Shown here piece by piece: positions 53,954-63,309 of a stretch of DNA of 64,000 nucleotides. Position 1 is the first letter of the stretch. Every line of letters begins with the position of its first letter. Made by a program: the position numbers and the translations under genes. The stretch covers positions 12,792 to 76,791 of the forward strand of contig JAEDKA010000011.1 of the NCBI GenBank assembly GCA_016296065.1, written 5' to 3'. The DNA is from Kiritimatiellia bacterium (lineage in GTDB: Bacteria > Verrucomicrobiota > Kiritimatiellia > RFP12 > UBA1067). The notes below the pieces were generated by a model that did no database searches, was not told where the DNA came from, and was given only the letters and a program-made list of their open reading frames with translations.

Positions 53954-55936
53954 ATGAAGAAAGTTATTTTGGCATTGGCTCTTGCCGCGTCGCTGGCGCA
54001 GAGCGCGGCAGCATTCGAGTTCAAACATCCAGGCTTCGGCTTGAGCCGCGACGACCTGGACTACCTGAAGGCCCACGCGAAGGAAGAGCCTTACGCTTCC
54101 GCGCTCGCGGAACTCAAGGCGGCGACCCCGCTCGGCTACAGGATGCGCGGACCCTTCGAGGAAGTCTCGCGCACGCCAAACCGATGCCTCGGCGAATGGT
54201 GCGGCGACATGCAGATGATCTACAACTCCGCGCGCATGTGGTATCTGACGGGAAACGAGGCGTACGCCAAACAGGGACGCGACATCCTTCTCGCGTGGGC
54301 GAAGACGCACAAGCGCTGGAGCGGCGCGGAGTCGTATCTCTCGATGGGCGACTTCGCATACCGCCTCTACGGCGGCGCGGAAATCCTGCGCGGCACCTGG
54401 CCAGGCTGGACCGAAGAGGACACAGCGACAGTGAAGAAATACTTCCTCGAGAACTACTGGGGGGCGGCAAATGTGCCGCGCCCCCTGAGAAGCGCAAACC
54501 AGGGCGCGCTCCAGCTCGTCACAGGCGTGGGCGTCGCGATATTCTGCGACGACGTGGAGAAGCTCAAACAGTGCCTCGCCGCATATCGCGACGACGTGAC
54601 AGGAGGGCTCGCCGACACGCTGCCGAACGGGGAGATAGGAGACTCAGGACGCGACCAGGGACATGCCTACGGACAGTTCCTGCACCTCGCGCTAATCGCC
54701 GAGGCGTTCTGGACGCAGGGAATCGACGTATATTCCCTGCGCTCGAACCGCCTTCTCGCCTGCGCCGAATTCTACTCGCGCTTCAACGTCGGCAAAGGGC
54801 TCGACTTCATCCCCTTCGGAAGCGAATACGACTGCTATCCCGGACATGGCGGCGCACCCGGCTCAGTGCGAAAATGCCCCGACCTCCTGAACATCCTGCG
54901 CACGGCGTACGTCGTCCGCAAGGGCATGAGCGCCCCCTACCTCGAGGAATACCTTTCGCAGCACCGCGAAAACGGCGAGTCCATCATGTTCCGCCGCGAC
55001 AAGGACGCATCGCGCGCACGAACGCTGCGCGAACAGGAAAAACTTCCGCTCATGACGGTGTCGAAGCTTGAGGCGCATCCGGTCGGGTCTGTTCCGTCAG
55101 GAGCGAGCGCAACGCTCCGAAACGGCGTATGGACTGTCAAGGGTACCGGCGGACACATCGCGAACCCGCGCGACGTCTTCTACATGTTCCACTCCCTGCC
55201 AATGGAAGGCGACGGCGCGATAGTCGTCCGATGCGACTCGATCGAATCCGACGCGCCGCATCCGATAGCAGGAATCGCCTTTGCGGAGGACTTAAACCCC
55301 TCGTCGCGACTTCTAACGATCCACATGGTCGACAAAATCGAGCTGAAAGGCGTCGTCACGCCGCGCGTCGCCGTCGGGATGTGGCGCTCGAGTGCGAGTT
55401 CGCACAACAGGTTCGGGCAGATGCACCGCCGCTGGGACTCGTCCGTAACGATGCCCCGTTGGCTGAAGCTCGAGCGGCGCGGCGATCGCGTCACGGCGTT
55501 CCATTCCATCGACGGGGCGAGCTGGAGTCCGATGCAGAACGTCGACTTCGACGGCCTCGCAAAGACCTGCTACGTCGGGCTCTTCGTCGCCGAGGGCGAA
55601 AATGTCACTGCACGGTTCAGCCACCTCCGAATGACATGCGGAGACGGACGCGGCGGACTCGAAGCACCAGCAACCCCAATCCAGTTTTTCTCCTCGCCAT
55701 CGCCAAAGGTAATCCATCTGCGCTGGCTGGAGTCGTTCGGCGCTGACACCTACCGAATAGAGCGGGCTGCCGGCGCGGGCGAAAATTGGGAGGAGCTCGG
55801 CACGACCGGTAAGACGGAATGGATAGACAAAGGTGTGCACACGGGCAAGACTTATCGCTACCGCCTCACTCCGGTGTCGGCAAAATTCGGCGAAGGCAGC
55901 CCGGTCGAGCTCACCGCAGCCGCCCGTCTGCCGTAA
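53954..55936 (+). CDS. Secreted polysaccharide-lyase-like protein (alginate-lyase-type alpha/alpha toroid) + ConA-like jelly roll + Fn3
   Basis: NSARMWYLTGNEAYAKQGRDILLAWA, SANQGALQ and SGRDQGHAYGQFLHLALIAEAFWTQGIDVY (Alginate_lyase-like). WLKLERRGDRVTAFHSIDGASWS (DUF1349/LamG-like). YRIERAAGAGENWEELG...GKTYRYRLTPVS (Fn3). Confidence 0.6.
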   Translation: MKKVILALALAASLAQSAAAFEFKHPGFGLSRDDLDYLKAHAKEEPYASALAELKAATPLGYRMRGPFEEVSRTPNRCLGEWCGDMQMIYNSARMWYLTGNEAYAKQGRDILLAWAKTHKRWSGAESYLSMGDFAYRLYGGAEILRGTWPGWTEEDTATVKKYFLENYWGAANVPRPLRSANQGALQLVTGVGVAIFCDDVEKLKQCLAAYRDDVTGGLADTLPNGEIGDSGRDQGHAYGQFLHLALIAEAFWTQGIDVYSLRSNRLLACAEFYSRFNVGKGLDFIPFGSEYDCYPGHGGAPGSVRKCPDLLNILRTAYVVRKGMSAPYLEEYLSQHRENGESIMFRRDKDASRARTLREQEKLPLMTVSKLEAHPVGSVPSGASATLRNGVWTVKGTGGHIANPRDVFYMFHSLPMEGDGAIVVRCDSIESDAPHPIAGIAFAEDLNPSSRLLTIHMVDKIELKGVVTPRVAVGMWRSSASSHNRFGQMHRRWDSSVTMPRWLKLERRGDRVTAFHSIDGASWSPMQNVDFDGLAKTCYVGLFVAEGENVTARFSHLRMTCGDGRGGLEAPATPIQFFSSPSPKVIHLRWLESFGADTYRIERAAGAGENWEELGTTGKTEWIDKGVHTGKTYRYRLTPVSAKFGEGSPVELTAAARLP

Positions 55937-55940
55937 ACAC

Positions 55941-55983
55941 CCCCAAAGTAGGTATACCGCTTTCAAGGCGTGTCTGATAAAAT
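55941..55983 (+). promoter_or_regulatory. Promoter with the same box geometry (leadered)
   Basis: CCCCAAAGTAGGTAT-N22-TAAAAT (55978-55983). 40 nt run to ATG 56024, with SD GGAG. Confidence 0.5.
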
Positions 55984-56023
55984 GATTCACATCATCGAGA
56001 AAAACCAACAGGAGAATACAGTC

Positions 56024-58987
56024 ATGAAATTATCTATCGCTGAAAGGTTCTTTTGCGCCGCGATGCTTCTGCTCGTGTGCTTTATTGGCTCTCCTGCACT
56101 GGCCGAGACCTACTACTGGAAATCGACCGTTGCGGAAGGCGCGTGGGACGCGGCGGAAAACTGGGAGACACTTGAGGACAGCGAGCGCGTTGCGGCCACC
56201 ACCGCGCCTGGCGGCGATGACGAGGCCATATTCGAGTCAAACGCCACCATTACGTCAATCCCGTCAAGCCCTACTTCCGTACGCCATATACACATCGCCC
56301 AGGACTGTGAACTCACGCTCTCCCACGGCAAGACACTCAGCGCCCAGCTTGTCGATGGCGAAGGCACACTCGTTCTCACGGCAAACAGCGATTTCAAGGC
56401 GCGGTCGGCGGCAAGCGCCATCATGACAAAAGTGCGCATTGACGGAACCGCCAAAATGACGGGCAACTCAAACGACCTCGCCGTCGAGGGTCCGCTTCTC
56501 GGTACAGGCACGCTGACGCTCTACCATGGAGCTAAATACAAGGGCGTCCACCTCAAAGGCGACAACAAGGATTTTCAAGGCACGGTCATCGTTGACGGCA
56601 ACGGCAACAACCGCATGAAGTTCGCCGCGGCAACGGCGGGTTCGGCAAGTGCTGTTTTTCAGATCAATGGCGGCACCGACAACGGCTCGATGACTTTCTC
56701 CGGCGGGACGATCAAGTTCGGCGAGTTCAAGGCGCCGAACGGCGCAAACATCCGATGCCAGACAAGCCCCTATACCTATGAAATCGGCGGCAAGGGAACG
56801 GACTTCGACATGGGAAGCCCCGATTTCTACTCTGCAAGCAAAGTCACCGTGGCAAAGGTCGGATCAGGCACGATGCTTTTCGCCTGCAAGGACTACGGAA
56901 CTCTCGAACTGAGAGACGGCGTGGCAGAGCGCAAATCGACCGCAGCAAACACGCTGCCGACGACAAAGATGGTTTTCACTGGCGGGGCGTTCGCATTCGG
57001 CGCAGGCGGCGCGGCGGACATCTCCTCGCTGATCAAAGACTCCACCGCCGCAATCAAGCTCAACCTCGGCGCGACCGACGTCACGTTCGCAACGGCGCTC
57101 GCGGCCAGCAACACCGGCGGACTCGAAAAATCCGGTTCCGGCACACTGACTCTATCCGCAGTGCCACTCATGACAGGCGGAGACTGGACCGTTTCGCAAG
57201 GTGCGCTGGCCGTGCCGGCCGGTGCGACGCTGGGAACGCTGACGATTGCCGACGGTGCGGAGCTGCGCATAACCGACGCCTATTCAGAGAAAGGGACCTA
57301 CGACCTTCTGTCCTTCACGGGCGATGCGCCGTCCGCCGATACGCTCGAACGCATCAGGCTTACGGGGCTGGGTGGCAACTCCACTTGCGACACGCCTTAC
57401 GTAGAGGGCGGTAAGGTCAAGGTGGTCGTCAACGCAGAGACGCTTGTCTGGAATGGCAACGGAGAGAACTGGACGGCGCAGGGCAAGTGGCTTGGCAAGG
57501 CGTCGCAAGAAGCCAAGACATTCGCGGCGAACGATGCCGTGGAGTTTGCAGTAGATGCAGGCTCGGAGAACACTGTAATCGTCGATTCTGCGGTGAATCC
57601 CTCGACTGTCAGCGTGTCGGCCGGCGAGAGCGGCGTCCAGAAGTTCACAGGCGATGGAACGCTGTCGGCATCCTCTTGGGTCAACGCGGGCGACGTCGAA
57701 TACGCTGCGGCAGGACTTTCGCTTGACGCGCTGACGCTCACGAGCGGTACGCTTTCGCTCGACGGCGCTGCGGTGGCCTACAGCATACCCGTGCCGACGG
57801 GGACAGGGAGGCTGAACGTAGCTGCGGGAGCCTCCGTGACATTCGATACCGGCCACTCCATGTCGGCGGATGGTTTCGAACTCGCCGGCGAAGGAACTCT
57901 CTTGCTTGCAGACGGCCAGACCTTCAAAGCGCTGGACGCCAAAATGAGCGGATTCGCCGGAACCATAGACGTCGCCGCCGGAGCAAAGCTGAAAGGCACG
58001 CAGGTCAATGACAAATTCTACTTCGGCGCGGCGAAAATACGTCTTTCGGGCGGACAGTTCGAAGTCGGGGAGGTCAATGCCGGCACGACGAACGACATAG
58101 AGTTCGTGACAGGCACTTCAAGCGTCTGCAACGGAGATAACGCAAACTTCGCCATCAACGGTGCGATTACCGGCGGCGGAGCGGCCTATATCAGCACGAA
58201 GGAGCGAGGGACGATGCTCAACGGCGTCAACACGAACTTCTACGGTGAGCTGACCATGGAGAATACGGGCAACGTCACCTACCTCAACCTCGGATTCGGC
58301 CATTGGTACTCCGGCTCTCCCCGCGCCAAATGGATACTCCCGATGGCAAAGCTCTCCAACCGCAACTCGAACGCCAACAACTCGCAGTACTATCGTTCAT
58401 ACGATCTGGCGATCGACGCATCAAGCAACGAAAAGGCACTGCGCTTCGGCGCGCTTTCAGTCCCGAACGACGCCACTGTCCTTCGCTGCGCCGCAAGCCC
58501 GACACATCTGGTGGTGGGCGAGCGCGAAACCGACGACAGCACGATCAACAGTGCATTCGTCGACCACGCGTTGCATCTGACAAAGGCCGGTGCGGGCAGC
58601 ACTCTGACGCTCGGCCCGGCGGTCGAGATGCCGGCGAACTCCACGATCGGCGTCACAGCCGGCGAAATCGTCGTAAACTCCACGAACCTCGTGAACGCGA
58701 CTGTGACGGTCGCGAGCGGCGCGACGCTTTCCGGCACAGGCACGGTCGCAAGCGTGACGTTCGAGGCGGGCTCGAAGGTGCGCATCCCCGAGGATGCCGA
58801 CGAGTCGCTGACGTATGGCCTTATACGGACGTCAGGAGTGATCACGGGCAAACCAGAAATCGTAGGGCCGACACCGGCAAGAGGAAAGTGGAAGATAAAG
58901 ACGCAATCCATAATGGAGGACGAAACGCCTTACAACATTCTCTACGCGGAATTCGCAAAACCCGGCCTGATTCTAGTCTTTCGATAA
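56024..58987 (+). CDS. Secreted PATR (autotransporter-associated beta-strand repeat) protein, 987 aa
   Basis: MKLSIAERFFCAAMLLLVCFIGSPALA. GTGTLTLYHGAKYKGVHLKGDNKDFQGTVIV is homologous to the C-terminal module of 2529-8567. KSGSGTLTLSAVPL. C-terminal tail PGLILVFR. Confidence 0.8.
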   Translation: MKLSIAERFFCAAMLLLVCFIGSPALAETYYWKSTVAEGAWDAAENWETLEDSERVAATTAPGGDDEAIFESNATITSIPSSPTSVRHIHIAQDCELTLSHGKTLSAQLVDGEGTLVLTANSDFKARSAASAIMTKVRIDGTAKMTGNSNDLAVEGPLLGTGTLTLYHGAKYKGVHLKGDNKDFQGTVIVDGNGNNRMKFAAATAGSASAVFQINGGTDNGSMTFSGGTIKFGEFKAPNGANIRCQTSPYTYEIGGKGTDFDMGSPDFYSASKVTVAKVGSGTMLFACKDYGTLELRDGVAERKSTAANTLPTTKMVFTGGAFAFGAGGAADISSLIKDSTAAIKLNLGATDVTFATALAASNTGGLEKSGSGTLTLSAVPLMTGGDWTVSQGALAVPAGATLGTLTIADGAELRITDAYSEKGTYDLLSFTGDAPSADTLERIRLTGLGGNSTCDTPYVEGGKVKVVVNAETLVWNGNGENWTAQGKWLGKASQEAKTFAANDAVEFAVDAGSENTVIVDSAVNPSTVSVSAGESGVQKFTGDGTLSASSWVNAGDVEYAAAGLSLDALTLTSGTLSLDGAAVAYSIPVPTGTGRLNVAAGASVTFDTGHSMSADGFELAGEGTLLLADGQTFKALDAKMSGFAGTIDVAAGAKLKGTQVNDKFYFGAAKIRLSGGQFEVGEVNAGTTNDIEFVTGTSSVCNGDNANFAINGAITGGGAAYISTKERGTMLNGVNTNFYGELTMENTGNVTYLNLGFGHWYSGSPRAKWILPMAKLSNRNSNANNSQYYRSYDLAIDASSNEKALRFGALSVPNDATVLRCAASPTHLVVGERETDDSTINSAFVDHALHLTKAGAGSTLTLGPAVEMPANSTIGVTAGEIVVNSTNLVNATVTVASGATLSGTGTVASVTFEAGSKVRIPEDADESLTYGLIRTSGVITGKPEIVGPTPARGKWKIKTQSIMEDETPYNILYAEFAKPGLILVFR

Positions 58988-59010
58988 CCAACCGCGCGAC
59001 ATTTGAAACT

Positions 59011-59055
59011 CCCTGGCGCATGGCGGCGCAGAGCAATTTTTGGTAGAATGTTCAC
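59011..59055 (+). promoter_or_regulatory. Leaderless-type promoter
   Basis: CCCTGGCGCAT-N22-TAGAAT (59044-59049)-GTTCAC-ATG. Confidence 0.45.
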
Positions 59056-60057
59056 ATGAAACTTCTCAATAGAATTTCTCGGCTGCCATGCGCCCTCCTC
59101 GTCGCGTTCACATGCGCCGCAGCGCTTTGCGCCGACGACAATTCCGTCCCGGTGAAAGTGTCCGGAGTCGTTACGTTCGACTCGCAGAACGACGACTACT
59201 TCTTCATCAGGCGCGATGGAGACTCGCGCAGCTACCGCGTGGCCTGCAATCCGCAGACGGCAAAGCCTTCCGGACTGAAGCCAGGCATGCGCGTCGACGT
59301 CGAGGGCTGGGAGCGGAAGAACTCCACAACGCCGCGCTACGTCTACTGCCACGCGACCGTAACCGGCATTGCTGCAGAGCCTCCCAAGCCGAAGGAAATG
59401 ACGATTCCTGAGATGCACTTCGATCCGTCAGCAGACAAATCGCTCGTCAACCAGTATGGAGAATACATCCTTACTGAAGGCAGGGTTACGGATATCTCAC
59501 GCAGGGAGTACAACACGATCCTCTCGCTTTCCTCTGGCGGAATGCAGATGCAAGTGACCGTATATGAAGGCGAGAACGTCGCGCTTCCTTCCGGACTCGG
59601 AGTAGGAGCTGTCATACGGGTCGCGGGTCCGTTTCTCTTCTATGTCGCTGGCGACGACAAGGGGAACGCCATCGCGTCGATACACACCGTTAGCACGATG
59701 GTGCATACCTTCCGAGAGGTCGAGATCGTCCGCCGCGCGCCATGGCTCACGGTCGGAAGGCTCGCCGCCATGTTTGGCGCAATCTCCGCCGTGTTTTTCA
59801 TCTGCCTCGCGCTTGCCCGCGTCAGGAGGCGCATCGCAGCGGAAGCAAGGGAGGAGGAGCGTCTGCGAATCGCCGGAAAACTCCACGACAACTTCATGCA
59901 GATGCTCATCGGCGCGAAAGGACACATAAAGGCTGCGCGCCTTCTCGTGCGCGGCGACGCAGCAGCTGCGGACAACAGCCTTCGCGAGGCGGAGGAAATC
60001 ATGAAAGACGCGCAGAAACACCTTAAGCTCGCGCTGTGGAATCTCCTCGGCGAATAA
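59056..60057 (+). CDS. Membrane sensor with a HisKA_3 dimerisation/His domain but no HATPase_c domain
   Basis: Signal peptide, a periplasmic domain of about 210 aa, TM LAAMFGAISAVFFICLALA, H-box LRIAGKLHDNFMQML. The protein ends about 60 aa later (LALWNLLGE), with no N-, G1- or G2-boxes. The regulator gene starts 13 nt downstream. Confidence 0.72.
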   Translation: MKLLNRISRLPCALLVAFTCAAALCADDNSVPVKVSGVVTFDSQNDDYFFIRRDGDSRSYRVACNPQTAKPSGLKPGMRVDVEGWERKNSTTPRYVYCHATVTGIAAEPPKPKEMTIPEMHFDPSADKSLVNQYGEYILTEGRVTDISRREYNTILSLSSGGMQMQVTVYEGENVALPSGLGVGAVIRVAGPFLFYVAGDDKGNAIASIHTVSTMVHTFREVEIVRRAPWLTVGRLAAMFGAISAVFFICLALARVRRRIAAEAREEERLRIAGKLHDNFMQMLIGAKGHIKAARLLVRGDAAAADNSLREAEEIMKDAQKHLKLALWNLLGE

Positions 60058-60069
60058 AGGAACTTGATT

Positions 60070-60675
60070 ATGGCAACAATACTGATTGCAGACGACCATC
60101 CAGTGGTGCGCGACGGCATGAAAACGATGCTCGCGGCAGTCGAAGGCTTCAAGGTCGCAGGATGCGTCTCGTCCGGCGAGGAGGCGCTGCGGTTCGTCAA
60201 GACGTCGTGCGAACCGGACGTGATGCTCTGCGACGTCAGGCTTGGCGACATGGACGGTATCGACCTCTATTCTCGTGTCCGCCGCTTCGCTCCGAACGTC
60301 CGCGCCGTTTTCATCGCGGGAATGCCCAATGCGGCGGACGAGGCGCGCGCAAAGGAGAGCGGCGCAAGCGCATACCTGCCGAAGTCCGTGGAGATGGACG
60401 ACCTGATCGACGCCATGCGAACGTCTCTGAAGAACGACTCCGGATTCATCTCCGCATCAACCCGCGCGGGAGTCGCAAGCCCGCTTTCCTTCCGCGAAAC
60501 GCAGATACTCACCCTTCTTGGCAACGGAGAGAGCAAGGCATCCGTCGCGGAGAAAATCGGTGTTTCTTTCGAGACAGTCAAGTCGCACGTCAGGACAATA
60601 CGCGAGAAACTCGGCGTGAGCAACACCACTGCGGCATGCGCCTACGCCGTCTCGCATGGATACATCTCAGTGTAG
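60070..60675 (+). CDS. NarL/LuxR-family response regulator
   Basis: MATILIADDHPVVRDGM, VMLCDVRLGDMDG, SFRETQILTLLGNGESKASVAEKIGVSFETVKSHVRTIREKLGV. ATG 60070 with SD AAGGA. Confidence 0.9.
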   Translation: MATILIADDHPVVRDGMKTMLAAVEGFKVAGCVSSGEEALRFVKTSCEPDVMLCDVRLGDMDGIDLYSRVRRFAPNVRAVFIAGMPNAADEARAKESGASAYLPKSVEMDDLIDAMRTSLKNDSGFISASTRAGVASPLSFRETQILTLLGNGESKASVAEKIGVSFETVKSHVRTIREKLGVSNTTAACAYAVSHGYISV

Positions 60676-60729
60676 CACGGCCAAACTGAATGCATGGTGC
60701 AGTGCAGAGCGGTCATTTCGTCTGGACGG

Positions 60730-63309
60730 TCACAGCGACTTGAAGGCGTCGTAGTAGCGGCCGCCGAGAATGCGCTGAGCTTCGCGGTCGAAGTGGTGGC
60801 GGTCCTGGTTTGAGAGACCCTCCGACGAAACGACGGCGGATTTGGGGAGGAGCGACGGGATTTTGCCGATTCCAGGGTTGATGCGCGCGGCATGGTCTCC
60901 GTCCGGACGCATCCAGCGCCCGATCTCGCCCGCAATGACAGGAACGTCGCCCTCTCCGAGCTCCCTGCGCAGCTCGGACATCATGCGCGCGAAGTCCCTC
61001 GGATACGACTCGTTCAGCCCTGTTTCGTCCTTCGCCTTCGCGGCGTCCGTCTCCCCTTGATGCCAGAGAATCGCGATGAACTTTCCGTTGGCCTGCGCGA
61101 TCTTCGCGCGTTCAAGCGCCTTGGCATAGTTCACGCCCTTCCGCTCGCCCTTCGGGGGTGGGTTCCACGAATAGAACGGACTCCCCCCGACCGCGCACGG
61201 CACAACGCCTATGCTCTCGCCCGGATGGTCCGCGAGATATCGCCTCACGAACTCGTCGACAGGCCCGACCGCAGCCACCGTCTTGTCGAAATGGTATGGG
61301 GCCTTCGCCGCCACCCAGCGTCCGTCACGATCGAGCTTGTACGCGCGCGGCACGACCTCCATGTCCGCGTCGGACATCTTCGCGCGCCCTGCCATGTTGG
61401 ACTGCCCCATGCAGAGGACGAGCTTCATGTCCTTCGGCGCGTCAACGGGCTTCTCCGCTGGATCTCGCGCCAGCTCCCCGACGGCCTCGTACCTCGCTAT
61501 GTCGTCCGCAGACGAACCGGCTCTCGCACGGTCGACGTAAACCTTATCCTCCCAGCCCGCGCCACGCGGAAGCACTTTCAGGACAAGCCGCTTCGTTCCC
61601 TTCGGCAGACGGCGGAGAGCGTAGCGTATCGGAAGCCCCTTCCAGAAATCGTCCTGCACAAGCACGCCGTCCGCATAGAGCCGCGCCATGTCGCCGACGT
61701 ATGCGATCTCCAGTATCGTATCGCCGGCCTTGAAAGGCACCTCGTATTCCGCGGCCGCATCCCACGCGCTCTCCTCTGGCGGCATCGCGACGCCGTTGGG
61801 TCCGACTGCGACAGGCGGCGGGGTGCCGGCCGGCTTCAGAAGCGTAAGATCAGTTGCGGAAAGGCGGCAACCTTCGACAACCGACGGACGACGGCCCGCG
61901 AGTGTCCGTCCGTCTACGATGCGCTCCACCTTGCCGTCCTTCTCGACGCCGATCCAGCATTCGCCGTCGGGGTTGATGCGGCGCACGTAGTCGTTGTGGA
62001 ATATGAACCGTCCGCGGCGCGTTTCGCTTTTACTCACGAACACAGGATCGGCTACGGCAAGCTCCTCCGCGTTTTCGCGGCAGAAGTCCGCAAGCGCCTT
62101 GATCATCCAGTAGGCATACTGCGGCTCCCCGAATTCGCTTATCGGCGCCATGAACTCATAGCTCACGACCGGAAGGTCGTTCCAGTTCGTGAAGCGGTCG
62201 CGCTGGCTTTCCGCCATGTTGACGCCGAAGTCGGTCGGATTCGATCCGCCGTGGTACATGTAGAACCCGGGGAGATTCGAACCGCTGCCCAACTTGACGA
62301 CGGCGAGCGCGAAGGCGTCCATAGGCTCCATCACGAGGCGCCTGTGGTAACTTGACGTCATGCCGCCGCCGAGCTCGCAGGTAAAGTACGGATACTGCTC
62401 CGCGCCCTTCGCGTCCTCGGACTTCTGTTTCCCCAGCTGTTCCGTGGCGATCACCGAAGACGTGCGCGCGGGGCGCATGGCAAACGCATCCTTGTAGCTG
62501 CCGGGCATCGACTTGAGCTCGCGGTCCCAGAATCCCTCCGCATAGTCGCCGTAGAGCGGAATCATCTCGCCGAACGTCGTCTCGGGTCCGTTTAGCCGCG
62601 GCCAGCCGGTCCGCGTGTACATCGGGACGTCAAATCCCGCGTCCACCGCGAGCTTTTTGAGCGCCTGGTAATAGGGCCACGGCCCGCGGCTTTCGTTCTC
62701 CAGCTGCACGCCGATGACCGGTCCGCCGTTTTTCCAGAGATGCGGCGCTACTTCCGAGTGGACGCGCTCGAACAGCTTCTTCGTCTCGCCGAGAAAACGC
62801 GCGTCGCGTGAACGCAGGATCTGCCGCGCCTTCTTCGCGTCGCCGTTCGCCCATCCATACGCCTTGTCGACGAGCCAGTCGGGGAAGCCGCCCTCGCGGC
62901 ACTCGCCGTGCGCCCACGGACCGATCCGCACAACCGCCCAGAGCCCTGCCTTTTTGACTTCGCCAAGGAACGCCGACAAGTCCCTGTTTCCCGAGAAATC
63001 CCATTCGCCCTCCTTCCATTCGTGGTGGTTCCAGAACACGTATGTCGAGACGATGGAAACGCCTCCCGCCTTCATCGTCGCAAGAGACTTCGCCCATTCG
63101 TCGCGCGGCACGCGGGAATAGTGCATCTCGCCCATGACGGGGATGAGCGCCCTGCCGTTGAGCCTGAGGCACTTCGACGTGACGTCTATTCTGTCGCCGT
63201 TCGGCGCGACGTTCGCGCCCTGCTGAATAACGGACTCGGCCGCGGCGGAAAAGGCTGCCGCCGCGGCGGCAATTACGACAAGGCATGCGCTTGAAAGAAT
63301 CTTTTTCAT
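60730..63309 (-). CDS. GH35 beta-galactosidase-like module fused to a C-terminal SASA/DUF303 acetylesterase module
   Basis: GH35: IPVMGEMHYSRVPRDEWAKSLATMKAGGVSIVSTYVFWNHHE and IGPWAHGECREGGFPDWL. SASA: LVLCMGQSNMAGR, AILWHQGETDA, NQDRHHFD. Signal peptide MKKILSSACLVVIAAAAAAFSA. Confidence 0.85.
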   Translation of the reverse strand: MKKILSSACLVVIAAAAAAFSAAAESVIQQGANVAPNGDRIDVTSKCLRLNGRALIPVMGEMHYSRVPRDEWAKSLATMKAGGVSIVSTYVFWNHHEWKEGEWDFSGNRDLSAFLGEVKKAGLWAVVRIGPWAHGECREGGFPDWLVDKAYGWANGDAKKARQILRSRDARFLGETKKLFERVHSEVAPHLWKNGGPVIGVQLENESRGPWPYYQALKKLAVDAGFDVPMYTRTGWPRLNGPETTFGEMIPLYGDYAEGFWDRELKSMPGSYKDAFAMRPARTSSVIATEQLGKQKSEDAKGAEQYPYFTCELGGGMTSSYHRRLVMEPMDAFALAVVKLGSGSNLPGFYMYHGGSNPTDFGVNMAESQRDRFTNWNDLPVVSYEFMAPISEFGEPQYAYWMIKALADFCRENAEELAVADPVFVSKSETRRGRFIFHNDYVRRINPDGECWIGVEKDGKVERIVDGRTLAGRRPSVVEGCRLSATDLTLLKPAGTPPPVAVGPNGVAMPPEESAWDAAAEYEVPFKAGDTILEIAYVGDMARLYADGVLVQDDFWKGLPIRYALRRLPKGTKRLVLKVLPRGAGWEDKVYVDRARAGSSADDIARYEAVGELARDPAEKPVDAPKDMKLVLCMGQSNMAGRAKMSDADMEVVPRAYKLDRDGRWVAAKAPYHFDKTVAAVGPVDEFVRRYLADHPGESIGVVPCAVGGSPFYSWNPPPKGERKGVNYAKALERAKIAQANGKFIAILWHQGETDAAKAKDETGLNESYPRDFARMMSELRRELGEGDVPVIAGEIGRWMRPDGDHAARINPGIGKIPSLLPKSAVVSSEGLSNQDRHHFDREAQRILGGRYYDAFKSL

